A stretch of DNA of 64,000 bases from Schizosaccharomyces osmophilus (taxonomy: Eukaryota): NCBI RefSeq assembly GCF_027921745.1, contig NC_079238.1, forward strand, positions 496,001 to 560,000. The letters are read 5' to 3'. The notes below the pieces were generated by a model, which saw only the letters and a list, made by a program, of their open reading frames with translations, was not told the origin of the DNA and did not search any database. Both the position numbers and the translations under genes were made by a program. Below, in pieces: positions 1 through 8,459 of the stretch (its first letter is position 1; every line of letters begins with the position of its first letter).

Positions 1-732
1 GGATTCAGCAACCTTTTGATCATCTTCCATTTTGCTTCTCGAAACCGCCAACGCAAGTATAGCATAAAACGATACCAACCATACACCCTTTGTGTGGTTT
101 GGATCCACATATAATTTGTGTAGTTCGGCCATAAAGTCATTTTCGTAAAATATCGGCCACCAACAGTTAATATAGCGAAAGTACCACTGAATGCGAGCAA
201 CAGCCCATTCATGCTCAGGTACATCAGGAAAGTCCTTATCCCAACTAGGGAAAGAATGAGCAAACAAGTCATCAATATTTGTATCTGAAGGAGATAATTT
301 GAATAGCTTGGAATATTCCTGTAATTTATTATCAACTAATGAGCTAGCGTCTCGAATTTGGGATATCAATGAGGGAAAATCCCGAGTTCGGAATCTACTA
401 GGCGGCTTATAAGAATCCTCAGCAAGGTTCAACAACCTGTCCAGCTTATCCTCAACATTTCGAAGGCGAACATGAAGTGAATAATTATCCTTTGTATCAG
501 GAGATGCGCTAACATCGTAACTAGGACTATCCTCCGATTCAAGTGAAGGCAGCCGAGTCTTCGCTTGTGCATCATTTTTCATTTTGAGACTATACCGCTT
601 CAGTCTCTTTGAATAGTGACATACTTCATTGTAGACCAAACAATTTTGACACCTGGGAAGCTCACGATTACATCGAATCTTTTTCCTCCGGCAAAAGTCA
701 CAAGCTTTCTTGGGTTTTTCGACGCCGTCCAT
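1..732 (-). CDS. Zn(II)2Cys6 fungal transcription factor, 3'-truncated by window edge (SPCC777.02/Toe4-like family)
   Basis: Not in the ORF track. Manual translation from ATG 732 gives 244 open codons to base 1: MDGVEKPKKACDFCRRKKIRCNRELPRCQNCLVYNEVCHYSKRLKR (C-x2-C-x6-C-x6-C-x2-C-x6-C), coiled coil RLRNVEDKLDRLL, and middle-homology region WYFRYINCWWPIFYE. Family assignment is from recalled S. pombe sequences. Confidence 0.93.
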   Translation of the reverse strand, partial: MDGVEKPKKACDFCRRKKIRCNRELPRCQNCLVYNEVCHYSKRLKRYSLKMKNDAQAKTRLPSLESEDSPSYDVSASPDTKDNYSLHVRLRNVEDKLDRLLNLAEDSYKPPSRFRTRDFPSLISQIRDASSLVDNKLQEYSKLFKLSPSDTNIDDLFAHSFPSWDKDFPDVPEHEWAVARIQWYFRYINCWWPIFYENDFMAELHKLYVDPNHTKGVWLVSFYAILALAVSRSKMEDDQKVAES

Positions 733-1298
733 CTGTGAGTTTGCAATTGTTTTATTCTCTACAATTGAGATTCCAATGAATCTAATTCTTAAAATCTAAG
801 AGAACATACGCTAAAGTGTTTCGTTCGGTAGTGTATGGGTATTAGTAAAATTTCGTGAACATTTAGCAAATCGTAATATGAAGATTAATGTTCAGAAGCA
901 AGGAAACGTAGGTAAATTCATTAAATATTCTAATTAATTTGAATATCGATCATATATAAAATTTTTCAATAATAAACACAAGGGCCTTCCAACAAAAACA
1001 AGAAATGTACTTGGAAGGACACCCTAAATTACTCAAACTGAATGAGAGAACCAAAAAGCATAAAGAAGATTATAAGTTTTATTAATTTTGGTCATTCATG
1101 TACTCAACCATGCTACGGCATTCTTAAAGATGGCAAAGAAAGCAAATCATTCTAATATTTCATGGACCATGAAATCTAAGCTTTTGATATTTTCCTCTAT
1201 TCTTGTTCAATTTCTTTTGATCAAAGCGAATTGTATCATAATGAACCGTGCATGTCAACAAAGATCATTGCAGGGGAATTCCCAGGTCGCCGACACGC

Positions 1299-2864
1299 TT
1301 ACCAAGATGAAACCTTCATGCTTCCTTTTTCAAGAAAAGACGTATGCATATTAAATGCTTTATCCAAAAGGACGGGCTCGTGCCCCATCTTTCTTTTTAG
1401 ACAAGCAGATTCTGCCAAAGTAAAATAATCCATCAGGATGGGACGGTAAACAGGATGAGCACAATTTTTGATGACTTTTATTGCTCTTTCTCTCGGGGAG
1501 AGACCACGAAGGTCTGCTAACCCTTGTTCCGTGACGACAATATCAATATCATGTTCTGTATGATCGACGTGTGTCACTTTAGGAACTATGGTAGAGATAC
1601 CGGTTGGATCTGTCTTGGACGGTCTTACAGAGGGAGTGTGCATAATGCTAAGCTTTGCATTTCTCATAAAATCTCCAGAACCTCCAATGCCGTTGAGCAT
1701 CCGACTTCCCATTACACAGGTACTGTTCACATGCCCGTACAAGTCCACTTCCACAGGGGTATTCAGCGAAATGCATCCCAAACGTCGAATTATCTCTGGG
1801 CTATTGGTGATTGCTTGAGGACGGAGAGTCACTCGTTCTTTGTAAAAGTCCCACTCTCTGTAAAAGTTTTCCAGTTCTTGGGGTGAGAAACGAAGAGACA
1901 TGGACGATGCGTACTGAACAGTGCCTGACTTTAGCAAATCCAAAAACGCATCTTGTAAAACTTCAGTCCAAACTTGAAGATTTCGGAAAGAAGAATTACC
2001 AAGCCCTTCGACAACGGAGTTTGCAATGGCACCGATGCCAGATTGGATTGGATGTAAATTATTTGGAAGCCTTCCCCGATGAGTTTCGTGCTTAAAGAAG
2101 TCTATAATATGATGCGAAATTGATTTGGTAGAGCTATTTCCTGGCTCTGTACGAGTTGGAAATTTCCCATGAGATCCCTCAACGATTCCCACAACCTTCC
2201 TAGGATCCAGAGGAATTGCCGTTTTTCCAATTCTGTCTTTAGAAGTACAGACGTTCAGCGGTCTTCGGTAGGGAGGCGAAGTAGGTACGTATAAGTCATG
2301 GATTCCCTGAAGCGAAGGACTATTGGTATTCATTTCGACAATTACCTTTTCAGCTGCTTGGATAAGTTCAGGTGTCACACCTACCGAAGCTCCTGGAACG
2401 AGATCTCCTTCTTCTGTGATCTCTGTAGCTTCTACAATTGCTATATTCAAAGACTGAGGCTTTCCATCCTTTGCACCCAGATGTCCAGATGTCAGCTGCT
2501 CCGCGAAATCTATAAGGGAGTGATCATGAAAATCGATCTTTCCATTGTTTAGACCTTTGTTGATTGATTTGCTTACTTGGTAAGGCGATCTGCTGCGGAC
2601 CATACCTAGTTCAGACAAAGCCAATTCTGTAACTGTACCTCCAGACGAGCATACTCGTAAATCAAACACGGGTCTAGCAAATGATCCATTTGATCTGACC
2701 TCGTTGATCACTGGCTCTAATGACTGCAAAGGATAATCAACTCCAGTAAATCCTGACCAGCCAATCGTCTGGTGACCTTGGAAGTTTGAAAGCAAACTAG
2801 AGGGCTCTATGATTTTGTTCCGCAAATATTTACATCGAACCCGAGACAATAATTTTGAGGACAT
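1299..2864 (-). CDS. Ach1-family acetyl-CoA hydrolase / class I CoA-transferase, divergent paralog, 521 aa
   Basis: Motifs GWSGFTG, RSPYQ, QSGIGAIAN, catalytic WTEVLQD, GIGGSGDF, HVDHTEHD, VTEQGLADLRGLSP. Basic/Ser-rich N-terminus resembles a mitochondrial presequence. Confidence 0.92.
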   Translation of the reverse strand: MSSKLLSRVRCKYLRNKIIEPSSLLSNFQGHQTIGWSGFTGVDYPLQSLEPVINEVRSNGSFARPVFDLRVCSSGGTVTELALSELGMVRSRSPYQVSKSINKGLNNGKIDFHDHSLIDFAEQLTSGHLGAKDGKPQSLNIAIVEATEITEEGDLVPGASVGVTPELIQAAEKVIVEMNTNSPSLQGIHDLYVPTSPPYRRPLNVCTSKDRIGKTAIPLDPRKVVGIVEGSHGKFPTRTEPGNSSTKSISHHIIDFFKHETHRGRLPNNLHPIQSGIGAIANSVVEGLGNSSFRNLQVWTEVLQDAFLDLLKSGTVQYASSMSLRFSPQELENFYREWDFYKERVTLRPQAITNSPEIIRRLGCISLNTPVEVDLYGHVNSTCVMGSRMLNGIGGSGDFMRNAKLSIMHTPSVRPSKTDPTGISTIVPKVTHVDHTEHDIDIVVTEQGLADLRGLSPRERAIKVIKNCAHPVYRPILMDYFTLAESACLKRKMGHEPVLLDKAFNMHTSFLEKGSMKVSSW

Positions 2865-3110
2865 GAAGCAACTTTAAAGTAGCTTGAAACTAAAAAAAGA
2901 AAGAAAAAGAAAAAGAAATGTTACAATTTTTGCCATTTCTCGCGTTGCAGCTTAAAGCACAAAAAGATCTCACCTATTGTTGGGCATCTCTTCTAAGATT
3001 TCACTCGATCTCTGTCTAGTGTGAAGTCTCTCCTCTTGGCGTTTGTTTTTCTTCAGCAAATAAGAAAGGAATATGTAACTTTGGGAACCTGTTGGTAAAT
3101 ACCCAAACAG

Positions 3111-3132
3111 TTTCGGCTGTTAAAAACCGAAA
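3111..3132. promoter_or_regulatory. Inverted CGG-N10-CCG Zn2Cys6-type site (TTTCGG ctgttaaaaa CCGAAA) in a bidirectional promoter
   Basis: 6-bp inverted arms. CGG at 3114-3116 and CCG at 3127-3129 are each 250 bp from the nearer ATG (2864 and 3379). Confidence 0.55.
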
Positions 3133-3378
3133 GCCAAGAAAATTATCTCTCTTTTTATTTGAAGGACGCTTTTTGCTGTGTTTTCGAGCCCGTGCTACAT
3201 TCTACTTATTTACATTGGCCTTCAGGAAGGAATTCTTGAACAAAAGTTGTTGTAAGCGAAAGATCAAAAGCGTCGTCAAAAGTTGACCATTGGAATTGTG
3301 AAAAACTCTCACGGGTCGAGTTGTACATCTTGAGGTTCTCAGAAAACTTTAGTTTATTTCGAATATACTCTCATTAGA

Positions 3379-4749
3379 ATGATCTTGTGGGCGAACAGCA
3401 TCAAAGCTCAAAGGTCAAGGATCGGTACTTTACCGTTTCAGCAGTTTTTAAAGTCGTTTGCAAGCGACTCAAGATTGGGGTTCAATTATGATGCTGCATT
3501 CCAAGGAGAAATTCAAAAAAGAAAAGATACCAGTACTTATAGAGTGTTAAGTAACATTAATCATGTTATCAATCACCAAGGCCCTAAGGCATACACGAAT
3601 GATCACAGAAAGGTAATCGATGTCTGGTGCAGTAATGACTACTTGGGAATGCGGATGAACAACGAAATTTCTAGTGCTATCCACTCGTTTGTCGATAGGT
3701 ACGGTGTTTCTTCAACCGGCTCCAGGAACATTGCCGGGCATAACCAAGTCTTTGTCGACTTGGAGAACTCTTTGGCGAATCTTCATCGAAAGGAAGCTTG
3801 TCTCGTTTTCAACAGTGGTTATGTTGCCAATGACACTACACTCGCTACCCTGGCACAAAAGCTTCCTGGTTGCGTTTTCTTCAGTGATGAGCTAAATCAC
3901 GCCTCCATGATTCAAGGAATTCGAAACGGGAAAGCGGCCAAAGTTATATTTAAGCACAATGATATACAGGATTTGGAAGAAAAACTAAGTAGATACCCTC
4001 AGAAAACTCCTAAAGTCATTGCCTTTGAGTCCATTTACAGCATGAATGGTGATATTGCTCCTATTGAATCCATATGCAGGTTGGCAAAGCAGTATGGTGC
4101 ATTGACATACCTCGACGAGGTTCACGCCGTTGGAATGTATGGAGAACGGGGCGCTGGCGTTACTGCTGCACTGAACATTTCAGATCAAGTAGATGTTATT
4201 ACTGGTTCTTTGGCGAAATCTTATTCAGCGACAGGTGGGTATGCAGCGGGGTCTTCTGCCTTTGTTGATTTCATACGTTCTTTTTGCCCTGGATTCATTT
4301 ACACTTCTAGTCTTCCTCCTCATGATATCGCTGCTGCTTTGACATCTGTGGAGTATCTAAAATCTTCAGACAAGGAAAGAGCCCTTCAAAAGTCTGCCGT
4401 CCGTAAATTAAAAGATGCTCTAAGCGATTCTGGAATCCCTTTCCTTTCCAACCAATCTCATATTGTCCCCATTATGGTTGGGCACCCAGAGTATGGAAGA
4501 TTGATTAGTAGGGATCTTATAAAGGATTACAACATTTATCTCCATCATATTAATTATCCTACTGTTGCAAAGGGAACAGAACGTTTGAGAGTAACGCCTA
4601 CACCTCTACATAATGATGAGGCTATTTTGAAGCACTTTATAAGTGCCCTGAAAGAACTATGGAAAAAATACGATTTGCATGGTATTGATCATTGGAAAGC
4701 AAATGGATTCTCTGTCAATGACCCATGCCACTTTCCTCTTGTAGCATAA
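3379..4749 (+). CDS. 5-aminolevulinate-synthase-like PLP alpha-oxoamine synthase (Hem1 paralog with altered substrate residues), 456 aa
   Basis: VWCSNDYLG, RNIAGH, SDELNHASMI (H174), FESIYSM, DEVHAVG (D246/H249), TGSLAK (K280, PLP lysine), INYPTV, TERLR. Short acid-free basic N-terminus. Confidence 0.9.
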   Translation: MILWANSIKAQRSRIGTLPFQQFLKSFASDSRLGFNYDAAFQGEIQKRKDTSTYRVLSNINHVINHQGPKAYTNDHRKVIDVWCSNDYLGMRMNNEISSAIHSFVDRYGVSSTGSRNIAGHNQVFVDLENSLANLHRKEACLVFNSGYVANDTTLATLAQKLPGCVFFSDELNHASMIQGIRNGKAAKVIFKHNDIQDLEEKLSRYPQKTPKVIAFESIYSMNGDIAPIESICRLAKQYGALTYLDEVHAVGMYGERGAGVTAALNISDQVDVITGSLAKSYSATGGYAAGSSAFVDFIRSFCPGFIYTSSLPPHDIAAALTSVEYLKSSDKERALQKSAVRKLKDALSDSGIPFLSNQSHIVPIMVGHPEYGRLISRDLIKDYNIYLHHINYPTVAKGTERLRVTPTPLHNDEAILKHFISALKELWKKYDLHGIDHWKANGFSVNDPCHFPLVA

Positions 4750-5197
4750 AATTTTAGTATGACAAGCTAGAATGAATTTGATTTACCTTTTGTAAGAAAT
4801 GTAGTACCCATCGATTTTCTTCTTTTTTTCAATTGAAACTATAGATCTCAACTATTGTATGCCAAGCAGTTTATAAAATTGATTGAAATTTATTGAAAGC
4901 GAAACCATGGATGTTCGCTTCTCTGCTTGTCGTACACTCTGATATGCATAAGCTCAAAGCAAGCTTACCAGTGTTAAGACAGCCGAGGTGTCTATGCTTG
5001 TTTTGAATCCTTTCCGCTCAGCTACTAAAACATTGAATACAAATTGAATACAAACTAAAAAAGAAAGCGAAAACTGCATATAAAGTAGATAGAAAAAAAA
5101 AAAAAATAAAGGCTCATTATGGTGTGCCTATATATTCGTCTATGATGAAAAAAGTAAAACAAAAAAGGGTTTCATATCTATGTTAGCATGAGAAGAA

Positions 5198-7327
5198 TTA
5201 TTCATGACAGCTGTGACAGTCCTTCTTTTGTTCATTTTGGTGATCAAAGTAGGGTTCACCAAATGCGAGTCTAGAAGTTGCATCTGTAAGACTTTTTAGT
5301 AAGTCTTGGCCACGGTGAGAAGATTTTTCTTGGTCAGCCTTCACTTTGGAGGTCAATACGTTACGGGATGGAGGAACGTCCAAAGCGGGATTGCGGAGGA
5401 AGAAGTTTCTAGGACGTAAAAGAAGACTGATGGGCTCAGCAGGCATTACAGGGAAGTCTTCAGGTGCGGGAAAGTGGGTAATACCAAAGGTGTGCCAAAC
5501 GACAATATCACTGTTTTCTACATTTCCATCTTGGTTCTCTTCGATCCATTCGGGCAAGCCCTTGGAAGGCTCACCAGAGGTTTGAGGAACGTAGTCACCG
5601 GCGGGATAGAGTTGGCCATCCTTGTAAGGGGTGACATGCATATGATGACGGGCAAAGCCAGCTCGATTGGAGACCAAGGAGCCAGGACGAGCCAGCAATG
5701 GAGGGACTTCACGAGAGACAAGCTTGTAGGAGACGGGCTTTTTGGAGTAAGGATGCAATTTGTTGGGGTTGCAAATCTCCCAAGTACGGGAGGTAGTACC
5801 ATCATAGTCGCTGATGGCTTCTTTGACGGTCTTGGCGACGGTACGTTTATTGGTAAAGGCATTACCGTAGTAGTTTTCTTTGGATCCGGGAAGACCGTCA
5901 CCACTAACGGCATCATTAACGGCGACCGAGTTATCCAAACCATCGACCATGGGGTTGAGACGAAGGCAAAACAAGTGTTGATGATTGTGAGCATTGACTT
6001 GGGGATAGACTTGTGTGCCCCATCCATTGGTGTCCTCGTCTGGATTCATGGCATAAGTATTGAGGATACCAGTAAGTTTGAGTTGGCATTCAATGACACC
6101 GTCCATGTGGAAGGTCCAATAGATCATGTACTCATAGTTGGCAGCAGTGAAAATCTGGGAAACGACGAGCTTGATACCACGGGTGGAGATGGTAGTTTGA
6201 AACTGATCACGGAAATCGGAGTGTTTGAAGAGGACGCCATCGTCTTCTTCGTGGATGCAAATGGCATTCTTTACATGCTGGACTTCACCGGTATGGCGAA
6301 CGAAATGGGCGTCCAAATAATGAATGACACCCTTGCAATCGCAGCCCAAGGCTAAAGGATTGGTAAGGAAGCCGGCACCGTATTCACCCAAGTCAAAAGC
6401 ATGCTTGCGTTGATGGGGATGTTCTGGGTTGCCGTAAGGGACAACCATTTCAGCAAGGGACATGCGATAGAAAAGAGGGCGAACGTTGCCATGGTCGTTG
6501 TAGGTGATATCGGACAAGACAATACCTTCACGGTAGTTGAAGCCAATGTGGAAACGGAAGTTTTGCCATTCAATGTAACGTCCTTTGAGGGTAAAGTTGA
6601 CTCCCTGGGGTTGGGCAATGGCGATGGGCTTGACTTCGCGCATCTTGCCATACTCCTCTTCGGCATCTTTCTGGTTGAAATTGGAGTGCTTATGCTTGGA
6701 TAAGGGTCTGCGGACAGAGGGAATGTCAATAGCAATGACCTTTTTGGCATCGGGGTCGATGACGGGGCAAAAGTCGAGAGGATGGGAGTATTGGGAATCG
6801 TCTTCGTTGGATCGATAGTACATGAGGGCTTGTTGAAGACGACGGCTACTGCCAAATCGCTCATCATAACCAATGGTCCAAGGATCACAATACACGTGGT
6901 CGATTTCATCAGCGGGGACACCGGACAAAATGCATTGTTCTTGAATCTTGGGATCATTGCGAACAACCGATTCGGTTTGTTCCATGGTATCGGCGGTAAT
7001 GATGGGACAAACACCAGTCATGTGTTGCCAATCCAAGATGGATCGTTTGGTCAAATTGACTTTGCCCTCTACGAGTCCTGAAACATCAGCTTCCAAAACC
7101 ACGACGAGTGCAATCCGATCGGGGCGAGGCTGTGCATTGGGATACTGCTTCCAGGCCAAATACTCGTACTTGGGAGGCTCGCTCAGGGTAATCACATTGA
7201 AGCTATACTTGTGCTCGGGGAAGGACTTGCGCACAAGCTCCACAGCCAGCTTTAATTCCTCTGGGCCCAGAGGGTCCATAGGATTTGAATAGTCATCATG
7301 GTGAGGTTGGGAAGGCAAGAGAGTCAT
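5198..7327 (-). CDS. cao1: Copper-containing primary amine oxidase, 709 aa
   Basis: TPQ precursor motif TAANYEY, Cu ligands HNHQH and GITH, catalytic-Asp region AFDLGEYG. Adjacent to amt3, as recalled for S. pombe. Confidence 0.93.
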   Translation of the reverse strand: MTLLPSQPHHDDYSNPMDPLGPEELKLAVELVRKSFPEHKYSFNVITLSEPPKYEYLAWKQYPNAQPRPDRIALVVVLEADVSGLVEGKVNLTKRSILDWQHMTGVCPIITADTMEQTESVVRNDPKIQEQCILSGVPADEIDHVYCDPWTIGYDERFGSSRRLQQALMYYRSNEDDSQYSHPLDFCPVIDPDAKKVIAIDIPSVRRPLSKHKHSNFNQKDAEEEYGKMREVKPIAIAQPQGVNFTLKGRYIEWQNFRFHIGFNYREGIVLSDITYNDHGNVRPLFYRMSLAEMVVPYGNPEHPHQRKHAFDLGEYGAGFLTNPLALGCDCKGVIHYLDAHFVRHTGEVQHVKNAICIHEEDDGVLFKHSDFRDQFQTTISTRGIKLVVSQIFTAANYEYMIYWTFHMDGVIECQLKLTGILNTYAMNPDEDTNGWGTQVYPQVNAHNHQHLFCLRLNPMVDGLDNSVAVNDAVSGDGLPGSKENYYGNAFTNKRTVAKTVKEAISDYDGTTSRTWEICNPNKLHPYSKKPVSYKLVSREVPPLLARPGSLVSNRAGFARHHMHVTPYKDGQLYPAGDYVPQTSGEPSKGLPEWIEENQDGNVENSDIVVWHTFGITHFPAPEDFPVMPAEPISLLLRPRNFFLRNPALDVPPSRNVLTSKVKADQEKSSHRGQDLLKSLTDATSRLAFGEPYFDHQNEQKKDCHSCHE

Positions 7328-7866
7328 TCTAGCTAGCGGCGGGATCGACAGGAATCAATTCCAGTGGTGTACTGATCTCTTTTGGGAAACTTCTTTTGGA
7401 TTGGAAAATGCAAAAGAAAAGGAAAAAGAAAAACAAAGATGAAAATGGAATGAAACAAAAGAAACCAAAATAAACAAAAAACAAATAAGAATAGAAAAAA
7501 AAACCAATATTCTAAAACATAATTAGTATTCTTCATTCAAGTCATGTCTGTTCATGGGCATCACCACGGGCACCATCACATCGCGTCGTCGTCTCTTCTC
7601 TTTCATGGTGGTGCATCTCTCTCTCCCATACACCCACCCACACAATTCCAATGCCACTTCTCTACAGAATGCGTCTATTATGACTTGACTCAACTACCTA
7701 CAATGAATGACCACCTTGCTTACCTCTTCTATACTTACGAGACTTGTTTTTCTGCCTTTGTCCTGAACCGTACCTGCCTCTTTATATACCTTTGGGCTCT
7801 TGGACCCTTAGACCCTTGGACTCTTGCAATCTCCCCTCGTACTATCAGCATCTGAGCAGTCTGTGG

Positions 7867-8383
7867 TTATCATGCGAAATCATATCTAAGGTTCGATGCA
7901 TATACTATCTTGACCACTACATTTATCTTTTCATGAACCTTTTCTTCAACGTTCGTTATCGCTATGCTTTAATTGGGTTACCATTGCTTCGCCATGGCGA
8001 AGGATGGATTTAGGTTGATAAAACCCGAAGTGCGATAAACAAGGGTATCTGATGGAAACATTTCATCATGGATGCAAGGCTCAATACAAACAGTGACGGA
8101 GCTTGGAAAAGTTCTGTTCCATTATTGGGTTGTTTTGAAGGGTTTTCTATTCCATTGCAATTTGATGGTCTTTTGGTACTTTAATAAGTGACTTATGTCG
8201 AATAAAGGAATTGATAGTTTGTTTTGTTTTAGTAGAGATAAACGAGAAGTACGAAAACGAACTATATATACATGCATATGTAGAATTGAAAGGATTTCCA
8301 AAAGTGAAACGAAACAAAAAAGGAATCGGAAAAGGAAAAACGAATCAATTAGTAGGGAAGAACGAAAATCAAAGAATTGATAA
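7867..8383. promoter_or_regulatory. Cluster of GATAA (nitrogen GATA factor-type) motifs in the divergent cao1/amt3 promoter
   Basis: TTATC at 7867, 7923, 7956; GATAA at 8017, 8034, 8237, 8379. Confidence 0.45.
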
Positions 8384-8459
8384 AAAAAAGACGTACCCCC
8401 CTTTAGCGACACCAAACTCAAAGCACAAAGCACAAAGCACAAACCAACATTTACTCAAT

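Noticed and set aside
5346..7292. Long antisense/alternate-frame ORFs over cao1 (e.g. 5474-6355, 293 aa), and similar ones over amt3, agl1 and rps11
   Set aside because: Shadows of codon bias in real genes; no recognisable motifs.
7544..7855. His-rich 103-aa ORF (MSVHGHHHGHHH) near the copper enzyme
   Set aside because: Lies in the cao1 promoter, the remainder is low-information and has no family motif; cannot be supported.
8211..8459. 83-aa N-terminal extension of the ammonium transporter
   Set aside because: Starts at TTG in A-rich promoter-like DNA; the first ATG (8460) gives a normal-length Amt.
7328..8459. Tf retrotransposon or LTR (I recall a Tf2 between amt3 and cao1 in S. pombe)
   Set aside because: No LTR pair, RT or integrase sequence is recognisable here or elsewhere in the window.
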